From assembly GCF_032444005.1 (NCBI RefSeq), contig NC_091287.1, positions 195,362,001 through 195,426,000 on the forward strand: a DNA stretch of 64,000 nt, in the 5' to 3' direction. The stretch comes from Ranitomeya imitator. Lineage: Eukaryota. The notes under the pieces are model-generated. The model ran no database searches. It was not told the DNA's origin and saw only the letters and a program-made list of their open reading frames with translations. Below, one piece after another: positions 23,030-34,145 of the stretch. The first letter of the stretch is position 1, and each line of letters starts with the position of its first letter. Position numbers and translations under genes: made by a program.

Positions 23030-24293
23030 ATTATATATATTGGTCAATAAAGGGACCACTAAAATACCACATCCTAGATATCTCTGAATCAAATATTACA
23101 GTTGCAAATTTTTATTCATTGCTTAGTGGAATGTTTGTGTGGTGCAACGTGACGTTGGTGGATGGAGCGAGACATGATGTCCTAGATATGCTCAGTCAGA
23201 TTCAGGTATGGGGTACCGGCGGGCCAGTCCATAGCTTCGATGACTTCATATTGCATTAACTGCTGACACACTCCAGCCACATGTCTGGTATTATCCTGCA
23301 TTAGGAGTAACCCCGGGCCAACCGCACCAGCATATGGTCTCACAAGGGGTCTGAGGATCTCATCTTGGTACCTAATGGCAGTCAGGCTACCTCTGGCGAG
23401 CACATGGAGGGCTGTGCGGCCATCCAAAAAAATGCCAACCCACACCATTATTGACCCACTGCCAAACCGGTCATGCTGAAGGATGTTCCAGGCAGCAGAT
23501 TCCTCTCCACGGCATCTCCAGACTCTCACGTCTCACATGTACTCAATGTGAACCTGCTTTCATCTGTGAACAGCTCACGTCAGTTGCGAATTTGCCAATC
23601 CTGGTGTTCTGTGGAAATGCTAAGCATCCTACACGGTGTTGGGCTGTGAGCACAACTCTCATCTGTGGACGTCGGGCACTCAGACCATCCTCATGGAGTC
23701 GGTTTCTAACAGTTTGTGCAGACACATGCACATTTGTGGCCTGCTGTAGGTCATTTTGCAGGGCTCTGGCAGTGCTCCTCCTGTTCCTCCTTGCACAAAG
23801 GCGGAGGTAGCTGTCCTGCTGCTGTGTTGTTGCCCTCCTACGGCCCCCTCCATGTTTCCTGGTGTACTGGCCTGTCTCCTGGTAGTGCCTTCAGCCTCTA
23901 GACACTACGCTAACAGACACTGCAAACCTTCTTGCCACAGCTCGCATTGATATGCCATCCTGGTTGCGCTGCACTGCCTGAGCCACTTGTGTGGGCTGTA
24001 GAGTCCGTCTCATGCTACCACGAGTGTAAAAGCACAACTAAAATTCAAAAGTGACCAAAACATCAGCAAGAAAGCATTGGTACTGAGATGTGGTCTTTGG
24101 TCCCCACCTGCAGAACCACTTCTTTATTGAGGGTGTCTTGATAATTGCCAGTAACTTCCATCTGTCTATTCCATTTGCACAGCAGTATGTGAAATTGATT
24201 CAGTCAGTGTTGCTTCATAAGTGGACAGTTTGATTTCACAGAAGTTTGATTTACTTGGAGTCAGATTCTGTGGCTTGTGTTCCCTTTACTTTT
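23030..24293 (-). mobile_element. Tc1-like transposon remnant, second family
   Basis: Minus-strand GSIMVWVGI, MQDNTRH and DWPAGTPYLNLTEHI motifs. AAAGGGAACAC-type terminal sequence at both ends. Confidence 0.8.
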
Positions 24294-24595
24294 NNNNNNN
24301 NNNNNNNNNNNNNNNNNNNNNNNNNNNNNNNNNNNNNNNNNNNNNNNNNNNNNNNNNNNNNNNNNNNNNNNNNNNNNNNNNNNNNNNNNNNNNNNNNNNN
24401 NNNNNNNNNNNNNNNNNNNNNNNNNNNNNNNNNNNNNNNNNNNNNNNNNNNNNNNNNNNNNNNNNNNNNNNNNNNNNNNNNNNNNNNNNNNNNNNNNNNN
24501 NNNNNNNNNNNNNNNNNNNNNNNNNNNNNNNNNNNNNNNNNNNNNNNNNNNNNNNNNNNNNNNNNNNNNNNNNNNNNNNNNNNNNNNNNNNNNNN

Positions 24596-25630
24596 TGATT
24601 TTTCTCTTTGTAAGTATGTTTGAGTAAAATGTAAATTGGTTTTTTTTTTCTATAACCTACTGACATGTCTCTGAAGTTCCAGGAAATAAATTTTAAATTT
24701 GTTTTCTGAAAATGAGAAATGGTCAAAATGACAAAAATGCATTGCTTGAAGACCTAATAATGAAAAAAGTTCATAATCCTTTACAAGCAACAATACTAAA
24801 GATCTGGAAGAGTTCAGAAAACAATATTTTGTGGAATAACCATGATTTTTAATCACAGCTTTCATGCATCTTGACATGACTTCCACCAGTCCTTCACACT
24901 GCTTTTGGGTGACCTTATTCCACTCCTGGTACAAAAATTTAAGCAGTTCTTCTTTGTTTGATGGCTTGTGACTATCCATCTTCCTCTTGATTACATTCCA
25001 TAAGTTTTCAATGGGGTTCAGGTCTGGAGATTGGGTTGGCCATGACAGGGATTTGATATGGTGGTCCTTCATCCACACCGTGATTTGACTTGGCTGTGTG
25101 GCATGGCACATTGTCATGCTGGAAAAAACATTCCTCAGAGTTGGGGAACATTGCCTGAGCAGAAAGAATCAAACTGTTTTTTCAGGATAACCTTGCATGC
25201 GGCTTGATTCATACGTCTTTCACAAAGAACAACCTGCCCAATTCCAGCCTTTAAGAAGCATCCCCAGGTCATCACCGATTCTTCATCAAATTTCACAGTG
25301 GGTGCAAGACTCTGTGGCTTGTACGCCTCTCCAGGTCTCCGTCTAAGCATTAGACGACCAGGTGTTTATCTGGGGGATGCTTCAGCAAGGCTGGAATTGG
25401 GCAGGTTAATCAATGCGAAGGAAGTATGAATCAAGCCGCATACCAGGTTATCCTGGAAAAACAGTTGATTCCTTCTGCTTGGGCAATGTTCCCCAACTCT
25501 GAAGACTGTTTTTTTTTTTTTTCAGCAGTACAATGCACCATGCCACATAGCTAGGTCAATCAAGATGTGGATGAAGGACCACCATTTCAAATCCCTGTCA
25601 TGGTCATCCCAATCTCCATACCTGAAGCCC
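24596..25630 (-). mobile_element. Tc1-like remnant, third family, with an inverted duplication of its transposase core
   Basis: WPTQSPDLNPIENLW on the minus strand. 25370-25630 is a diverged reverse complement of 25014-25268. Confidence 0.8.
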
Positions 25631-25731
25631 ACATATATCCTTTATTCTAGCCTGACGAAGGGTACATTCCCAACATGTTGCCAAAAATACTTTGTGGTGT
25701 AATATCTGCATGCCTTTCTGACTGATACCGC

Positions 25732-25971
25732 TGTGAGGCAGTGACCTGTGTCACAGGTAGGGGTCGCTGTTTGTTCTCCCCATGATGCGCACAAAGGCGT
25801 AGTGACGCCATGAGGCGGCATTGCACTCGCAGGTGTAGCTATGATTGCAATTGTGAAGCAGTGACTGATGTCACAGGTAGGGGTCGCTGTTTATTCTCTC
25901 CAGGTGGTGCACGGAGGCGTGTGAAGGCCATAGGAGTGCATGGCAGTCACGAGTGTAGCTGTGATTGCAAT
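25732..25971. repeat. Two diverged tandem 120-bp units in unassigned sequence
   Basis: GTCACAGGTAGGGGTCGCTGTTT and GTGTAGCT(A/G)TGATTGCAA each recur exactly 120 bp apart. Confidence 0.8.
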
Positions 25972-27194
25972 GCAGATTAAAAATAATAAAAATAAGTATT
26001 AGTCTTGTGTCCAAGACAGATGTAGGGAAAAACTGCTCTGGGATGCAGAGCCAGCAACCAGGGCAGCTGAATAGCCTGGTACCCGCAGCATACACAGCGC
26101 TGCAGTCGCCCACAGAAACTGGTCTCGTAAGTGGACAGTCTTGTGCCCGGAGGTAGTCTGTCCTGTGCCTGAAAAGAAGTTCAGCGTGTTTAACGGCTGC
26201 AATCTGAAGGATATCACGGACTGTGCAACGCTGTGAGTAAAGTGACATTTAACACTGGTGCGGTCACCCTTGGCAACTGGTCAGAAGTGAACTGGTGTGT
26301 GTAATGACTGCAATTCAGAGGATATGTGCCTAGCTGCAGGATACTGGGTACTATGTAGTGCTGTGGTTGTGAACTGGACATTAAGGTTTTGCACTTGTGT
26401 GAACTAAAGATAAATGCTATGAACTTGTGTGAAATGGACATTTAATGTTATGAAGTAACACATTAAAGAGACTTTGTGTTTGAACTTTGTGGGTCACTTC
26501 CTCCTCACGGCATAAGTGTGCTACCGCGTCACTACACCGCGCAATAGAGGAAAGCCGAAAATTCACCTGCTGAGCACAGGAACAGACAGGATAGAATAGA
26601 TAGATTACATACAGTAAACATACATAGAATAGGTACATATATACAGTTAGGTCCATATATATTTGGATAGAGACTACATTTTTCTAATTTTGGTTCTAGA
26701 CATTACCACAATGAATTTTAAACAAAACAATTCAGATGCAGTTGACGTTCAGACTTTCAGCTTTCATTTGAGGGTATCCACATGAAAAATTGGCTTAAAA
26801 TTTCAGCTCCTTAACATGTGCCACCCTGTTTATAAAGGGACCAAAAGTAATTGGACAGATTAAATTTAAATAAAATGTTCATTTTTAGTACTTGGTTGAA
26901 AACCCTTTGTTGGCAATGATTGCTTGAAGTCTTGAACTCATGGACATCACCAGACACTGTTTCCTCCTTTTTGATGCTCTGCCAGGCCTTCACTGCGGTG
27001 GTTTTCAGTTGCTATTTTTTTGTGGGCCTTTCTGTCTGAAGTTTAGTCTTTAACAAGTGAAAAGCATGCTCAATTGGGTACAGGAAAGATATATATCTTT
27101 GTACCGTGTTGGCCAGTAGATGGAAAAATATTTAGAATTGAGAGTCCTCAGTGGTTGATACCTTTTAATGGCTAACTGAAAAGATGGTAACATA

Positions 27195-27235
27195 TTGCAA
27201 GCTTTCGAGACTACACCGGTCTCTTCATCAGGCAA
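27195..27235 (-). ncRNA. Minimal type I hammerhead ribozyme motif with intact core
   Basis: Minus strand reads UUGC-CUGAUGA-A-GAGAC-cggugua-GUCUC-GAAA-GC-UU-GCAA: stem I 4 bp, stem II 5 bp, palindromic AAGCUU stem III. Confidence 0.75.
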
Positions 27236-27355
27236 AGACTAAAAGAAATTCTGAAGAATCACATATTTATGCACAACATAGCACAGAAAAAAACAAAACA
27301 AAAAAAAAACATGGATGACAGGTGACATGAAGCAGAATTAGAGATAAACAGTTAC

Positions 27356-28477
27356 CGTATATACTTGAGTATAAGCTGAGATTTTCAGCCCAAATTTTTG
27401 GGCTGAAAGTGCCCCTCTCGGCTTATACTCGAGTCACGGTCGGCAGTGGGGTCGGCGGGTGAGGGGGAGAGAGGGCTGAGGCATACTCGCCTAGTCCCGG
27501 CGATCCTGGCGCTGTCCCTGCAGTCCCACGGTCTCCGGGTTAAGGAGCTCTTCCCCTGTTCAGCGGTCGCGTGGGACCGCTCATTAGAGAAATGAATATG
27601 GACTCCACTCCCATAGGGGTGGAGCCGCATATTCATTTCTCTAATGAGCGGTAACGGTGACAGCTGATAAAGGAAAGAGGCTGCGGCACCGAAGACCAGC
27701 TGTCCGGGGAAAGGAGCCAGGGACGTCGGGAGCAGATAAGTATGTCATAGTTACCTGTCCGCGTTCCACCCGCCGGGCGCCGCTCTGTCTTCGCGTCCTC
27801 TGCACTGACTGTTCAGGTCAGAGGGCGCGATGACGCATATAGTGTGCGTGCCGCCCTCTGCCTGATCAGTCAGTGCGGAGAGACGCCGAGACGGGACGCT
27901 GAGGAGCTGCAAGCAAGAGAGGTGAGTATGGCATTTTTTTTTTTAATTGCAGCAGCAACAATGGCACAGCTTTCTATGGTACATCTATGGGGCAATAATG
28001 AACGGTGCAGAGCACTATATGGCACAGCTATGGGGCAATAATGAATGGTGCAGAGCACTATATGGCACAGCTATGGGGAAATAATGAACGGTGCAGAGCA
28101 CTATATGGCACAGCTATGGGGCAATAATGAACGGTGCAGAGCACTATATGGCACAGCTATGGGGCAATAATGACGGTGCAGAGCACTATATGGCACAGCT
28201 ATGGGGCAATAATGAACGATGCAGAGCACTATATGGCACAGCTATGGGGCAATAATGAACGGTGCAGAGCACTATATGGCACAGCTTTATATGGCACATC
28301 TATGGGGCAATAATGAACGGTATGGAGCATCTATTTTTATTTTTGAAATTCACCGGTAGCTGCTGCATTTTCCACCCTAGGCTTATACTCGAGTCAAGAA
28401 GTTTTCCCAGTTTTTTTTGTGGCAAAATTAGGGGGGTCGGCTTATACTCGGGTTGGCTTATACTTGAGTATATACGG
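27356..28477. mobile_element. Tigger/pogo-type MITE with an internal 43-bp tandem array (about 27985-28300)
   Basis: TIR CCGTATATACTTGAGTATAAGC at both ends, TA duplication. Unit CTATGGGGCAATAATGAACGGTGCAGAGCACTATATGGCACAG. Confidence 0.88.
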
Positions 28478-28776
28478 TATGTCCATAAATGTTGGACCAG
28501 TTCTTAGATAATGCAGGAATGAGTGTGTCGCATGGATTTATGTCTTTTTACATCAACTAAGGAACTTGCCCCTCAGACTGAGGGGTCATCACAACGGAAC
28601 CAGACCCCAATCAGAGGACAATAAAACATTCCTTATCTAACAACTGGTCCAACATTTATGGACATAACTGTTTATCACTCATGGTAATTCTGCTTCATGT
28701 CACCTGTCTTATCCATGGGTTTTTTTTCTGTGCTATGTTGTACATAAATGTGATTCTTCAGAATTTCTTTTAGTCT

Positions 28777-28817
28777 TTGCCTTATGAAGAGACCTGTGTA
28801 GTCTCAAAAGCTTGCAA
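28777..28817 (+). ncRNA. Hammerhead motif, core-mutated copy
   Basis: TTGC-CTTATGA-A-GAGAC-ctgtgta-GTCTC-AAAA-GC-TT-GCAA, with G5>U and G12>A relative to the 27195-27235 copy. Confidence 0.7.
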
Positions 28818-29803
28818 TTTACCATCTATTCAGTTAGCCATTAAAAGGTATCAACCACTGAGGACTCTCAATGCTCTATTGGGGTGAGATCAGGTGACTG
28901 ACTTGGCCATTCAAGAATATTCCACTTCTTTGCTTTAATAAACTCCTGGGTTGCTTTGGCTTTGTTTTGGGTCATTGTCCATCTGTAGTATGAAACGATG
29001 ACCAATCAGTTTTGCTGCATTTGGCTGGATCTGAGCACACAGTATGTCTCTGAATACCTCAGAATTTATTCGGCCGCTTCTGTCCTGTCACATCATCAAT
29101 AAACACTAGTGACCCAGTGCCACTGGCAGCCATGCATGCCCAAACCATCACACTGCCTCTGCGGTGTTTTACAGATCATCTAGTATGCTTTGGATCATGA
29201 GCTGTACCACGCCCTCGCCATACTTTTCTCTTTCCTACATTCTGGTAGAGGTTGATCTTGGTTTCATCTGTCCAAGGAATGTTCTTCCAGAACTGTGCTG
29301 GCTTTTAGATGTTTTTTTTTTTTTTTTTTTTTAAGCAAAGTCCAGTCTAGCCTTTGTATTCTTGATGCTTGAGTGGCTTGCACCGTGCAGTGAACCCTCT
29401 GTATTTACTTTCATGCAGCCTTCTCTTTATGGTAGATTTGGATATTGATACGCCTTCCTCCTGAAGAGTGTTATTCACATGGTTGGCTGTTGTGAAGGGG
29501 TTTCTCTTAACCATGGAGATTATTCTCCGATCATCCACCTCTGTTGTCTTCCGTGGGCGCCCAGGTCTTTTTGCATTGATGAGTTCACCAGTGCTTTCTT
29601 TCTCCGGATGTACCAAACTGTAGATTTTGCCACTCCTAATATTGTAGCAATTTCTCGGATGGGTTTTTTCTGTTTTCGTAGCTTAAGGATGGCTTGTTTC
29701 ACCTGCATGGAGAGCTCCTTTGACCGTATGTTTACTTCACAGCAAAACGTTCCAAATGCAAGCACCACACCTCAAATCAACTCCAGGCCTTTTATTTGCT
29801 TAA

Positions 29804-32754
29804 CCCCTTCATGACCCAGCCTATTTTGACCTTAAAGACCTTGCCGTTTTTTGCAATTCTGACCAGTGTCCCTTTATGAGGTAATAACTCAGGAACGCTT
29901 CAATGAATCCTAGTGGTTCTGAGATTGTTTTTTCGTGACATATTGGGCTTCATGTTAGTGGTAAATTTAGGTCAATAAATTCTGTGTTTATTTGATAAAA
30001 ACGGAAGTTTGGCGAAAATTTCGCAATTTTCACAATTTGAATTTTTATTCTGTTAAACCAGAGAGTTATGTGACACAAAATAGTTAATAAATAACATTTC
30101 CCACATGTATACTTTACATCAGCACAATTTTGGAAACAAAATTTTTTTTTTGCTAGGAAGTTATAAGGGTTAAAATTTGACCAGCGATTTCTCATTTTTG
30201 CAACGAAATTTACAAAACCATTTTTTTTAGGGACCACCTCACATTTGAAGTCAGATTGAGGGGTCTATATGGCTGAAAATACCCAAAAGTGACACCATTC
30301 TAAAAACTGCACCCCTCAAGGTGCACAAAACCACATTCAAGAAGTTTATTAGCCCTTCAGGTGCTTCACAGCAGCAGAAGCAACATGGAAGGAAAAAATG
30401 AACATTTAACTTTAGTCACAAAAATGATATTTCAGCAACAATTTTTTTATTTTCCCAATGGTAAAAGGAGAAACTGAACCACGAAAGTTGTTGTCCAATT
30501 TGTCCTGAGTACGCTGATACTTCATATGTGGGGGTAAACCACTGTTTGGGCGCACGGCAGGGCTTGGAAGGGAAGGAGCGCCATTTGACTTTTTGAATGA
30601 AAAATTGGCTGCACTCTTTAGCGGACACCATGTCACATTTGGAGAGCCCCCGTGTGCCTTAAAATTGGAGCTCCCCCACAAGTGACCCCATTTTGGAAAC
30701 TAGACCCCGAAAGGAACTTATCTAGATGTGTGGTGAGCACTTTGAACCCCCAGGTGCTTCACAAATTGATCCGTAAAAATGAAAAAGTACTTTTTTTTCA
30801 CAAAAAAATTCTTTTAGCCTCAATTTTTTCATTTTCACATGGGCAACAGGATAAAATGGATCCTAAAATTTGTTGGGCAAATTCTCCTGAGTACACCGAT
30901 ACCTCAAATGTGGGGGTAAACCACTGTTTGGGCACATGGTAAGGCTCGGAAGAGAAGGCGCGCCTTTTGACTTTTTGAATGGAAAATTAGCTCCAATTGT
31001 TAGCGGACACCATGTCGCGTTTGGAGAGCCCCTGTGTGCCTATGCATTGGAGCTCCCCCACAAGTGACCCCATTTTGGAAACTAGACCCCCCAAGGAACT
31101 TATCTAGATGTGTGGTGAGCACTTTGAACCCTCAAGTGCTTCACAGAAGTTTATAACTAAAAATGATTTTTTAGCCCGCAATTTTTTTATTTTCCCAAGG
31201 GTAACAGGAGAAATTTGACCCCAATATTTCTTTTCCAGTTTCTCCTGAGTACGGTGATACCCCATATGTGGGGGTAAACTACTGTTTGGGCACATGCCGG
31301 GGCTCGGAAGTGAAGTAGTGAAGTTTTGAAATGCAGACTTTGATGGAATGCTCTACGGGCGTCACGTTGCGTTTGCAGAGCCCCTGGTGTGGCTAAACAG
31401 TAGAAACCCCCCACAAGTGACCCCATTTTGGAAACTAGACCCCCCAAGGAACTTATCTAGATATATGGTGAGCACTTTGAACCCCCAAGTGCTTCACAGA
31501 CGATTACAACGCAGAGCCATGAAAATAAAAAATCATTTTTCTTTCCTCAAAAATGATGTTTTAGCAAGCAATTTTTTATTTTCTCAAGGGTAACAGGAGA
31601 AATTGGACCCCAGTAATTGTTGCGCAGTTTGTCCTGACTATGCTGGTACCCCATATGTGGAGGTAAACCACTGTTTGGGCACACGTCGGGACTCGGAAGG
31701 GAGGGAGCACCATTTAACTTTTTGAATAAAAGATTGGCTGGAATCAATGGTGGCGCCATGTTGCGTTTGGAGACCCCCTGATGTGCCTAAACAGTGGAAC
31801 CCCTCAATTCTAACTCCAACACACCCCTAACCCTTATCCCAACTGTAGCCGTAACCCTAATCACAACCCTAACCCCAACACACCCCTATCCCTAACCACA
31901 ACCCTAATTCCAACCCAACCCTAACCCTAAGGCTATGTGCCCACGTTGCGGATTTGTGTGAGATTTTTCCGCACTATTTTTGAAAAATCCGCGTGTAAAA
32001 GGCACTACGTTTTACCTGCGGATTTACCGCGGATTTCCAGTGTTTTTTTGTGCGGATTTCACCTGCGGATTCCTATTGAGGATCAGGTGTAAAACGCTGC
32101 GGAATCTGCACAAAGAATTGACATGCTGCGGAAAATACAACGCAGCGTTTCCGCGCGGTATTTTCCGCACCATGGGCACAGCGGATTTGGTTTTCCATAT
32201 GTTTGCATGGTACTGTAAACCTGATGGAACACTGCTGCGGATCCGCAGCGGCCAATCCGCTGCGGATCCGCAGCCAAATCCGCACCGTGTGCACATAGCC
32301 TAATTCTAAAGATAAGTGCACACGCTGCGGAAAACGCTGCGGATCCGCAGCAGTTTCCCATGAGTTTACATTTCAATGTAAACCTATGGGAAACAAAAAT
32401 CGCTGTACACATGCTGCGGAAAAACTGCACGGAAACGCAGGGGTTTACATTCTGCAGCATGTCATTTCTTTCTGCGGATTCCACAGCGGTTTTACAACTG
32501 CTCCAATAGAAAATCGCAGTTGTAAAACCGCAGTGAAATGCGCAGAAAAACCGCGGTAAATCCGCAGCGGTTTACCACTGTGGATGTATCAAATCCGCTG
32601 CGGAAAAATCCGCAGAGGACCAGAATACGTGTGCACATACCGTACCCTACCCCTAACCCTACCCCTAGTTCTAACACCAACCTTAGTGGAAAAAAATTTT
32701 TTTTTATTTTATTATTGTCCCTACCTATGGGGGACAAAGGGGGGGTCATTTACT

Positions 32755-32805
<51 letters not shown>

Positions 32806-32860
32806 ATCACTGCGATAGGTTTTATCACAGTGATCAAAATTCACATTGGAACGAATCGGT
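29804..32860 (-). mobile_element. Non-autonomous piggyBac-like element (inverted copy) with four ~380-bp units and CCCTAA arrays
   Basis: TTAA(29800-03)+CCCCTTCATGACC. Reverse complement of the 1-3081 family. Confidence 0.8.
31931..32300. mobile_element. Harbinger-type MITE inserted in a CCCTAA array; a second related MITE follows at about 32310-32641
   Basis: GGCTATGTGC(C/A)CACG TIRs, TAA duplication. Confidence 0.85.
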
Positions 32861-33369
32861 GTCATAATTGACGCCTCTCCATTATTAATTTGGCTTAATG
32901 TCACCTTACAATAGCAAGGTGGCATTAACCCTTCATTACCCCATATCCCACCGCTACACGGGAATGGGAAGAGAGTGGCCAAGTGCCAGAATAGGCGCAT
33001 CTTCCAGATGTGCCTTTTCTGGGGTGGCTGGGGGCAGGTGTTTTTAGCCAGGGGGGGCCAATAACCGTGGACCCTCTCCAGGCTATTAATATCTGCCCTC
33101 AGTCACTGGCTTTACTACTCTGGCGGAGAAAATTGCGCGGGAGCCCACGCCAATTTTTTCCGCCATTTAACTCTTTAATTTAGTAGATAGAACGACCAAA
33201 TTTTGCATATACACACTACTAACAGTAGTGTGGAATATGGAAAAAAAAAATGGAGATATGAGATGGTTTACTGTATGTAAACCAGGTCTCATATGTCGGG
33301 TTTGAGAAGGAGATGGCAAAAGCCGGCAAATGAATTACCGGCTTTAAAGCTGTCTAGCGCTGGAAGAAA

Positions 33370-33458
<89 letters not shown>

Positions 33459-33818
33459 TTATTCTACCTATTCTACTGGAAGCTGTCAGTGTGATTTTAC
33501 TGTACAACGCACTGAATTACCGGCTTTTCTCGCTAACACCGCTGCGTATTTTTCGCAACTCACGCTGCTGGTCCGTGTGTGATCCGTATTTTTGGGGCTT
33601 CCATAGACTTTCATTGACGTTTTATTTGTGTAATACGGTGACAAGCGCAGCATGCTGCGATTTTCTACGGCCGTAGAAAGCCGTATAATACTGATTAGTT
33701 TAATACGGCAGATAGGAGCAGGGGCATAGAGAATAATTGTACCGTATGTTTTGCGAGTTTTACGGACGTAGTTTCTGCGCTCTTACGTCCGTAAAACTCG
33801 CAAGTGTGACGCCGGCCT
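32858..33818 (+). mobile_element. Uninterrupted copy of the repeat that hosts Tigger and Harbinger, with a (TA)n tract at 33379-33453
   Basis: Co-linear with 3140-3882, 6092-6110 and 19334-19617. Ends GTGTGACGCCGGCC+TAA. Confidence 0.8.
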
Positions 33819-34145
33819 AAGGGGCCATGGATATTGACCTCCCCCCAGCCTAAGAATAGCAGTCCGCAGCTGCCCAGAAAAGGCGCATCTATTAGATGCG
33901 CCAATTCTGACACTTTGCCCAGCTCTTCCCACTTGCCCTGTAGCAGTGGCAAGTTGGGTTCATAATTATGGGGTTGATGTCGCCTTTGTATTGTCAGGTG
34001 ACATCAAGCCCATAGCTTAGTAATGGAGAGATGTCTATAAGACATCTCTCCCTTCCTAATCCTATACTTTATATGGTAAATAAAGACACAGACCAGAATA
34101 AAGTGTTTTATTAGAAATAAAACACACTTTTCCATTTTTATTTAA

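Larger units (their letters stand above)
27080..28872 (-). mobile_element. Penelope-like fold-back retro-insertion with hammerhead motifs
   Basis: Inverted arms 27137-27355 plus 28480-28511 versus 28633-28872, with a 121-bp spacer. A ~14-bp imperfect TSD (ATGCTCAATTGGGT at 27066-79, ATGCTCTATTGGGG at 28871-84) lies in the host Tc1. The Penelope assignment is inferred from the hammerhead and the inversion. Confidence 0.7.
26644..29799 (-). mobile_element. Tc1-like transposon, degraded, interrupted by a Penelope-like insertion and cut by a piggyBac-like element
   Basis: TA+CAGTTAGGTCCAT terminus. Minus-strand SKELSMQVKQAILKL...GVAKSTVWYI...RPGRPRKTT paired-like HTH. Confidence 0.85.

Noticed and set aside
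27985-28300. Regular 43-bp repeats resembling a CRISPR array
   Set aside because: The units are head-to-tail with no unique spacers, lie inside a eukaryotic MITE, and there are no cas genes.
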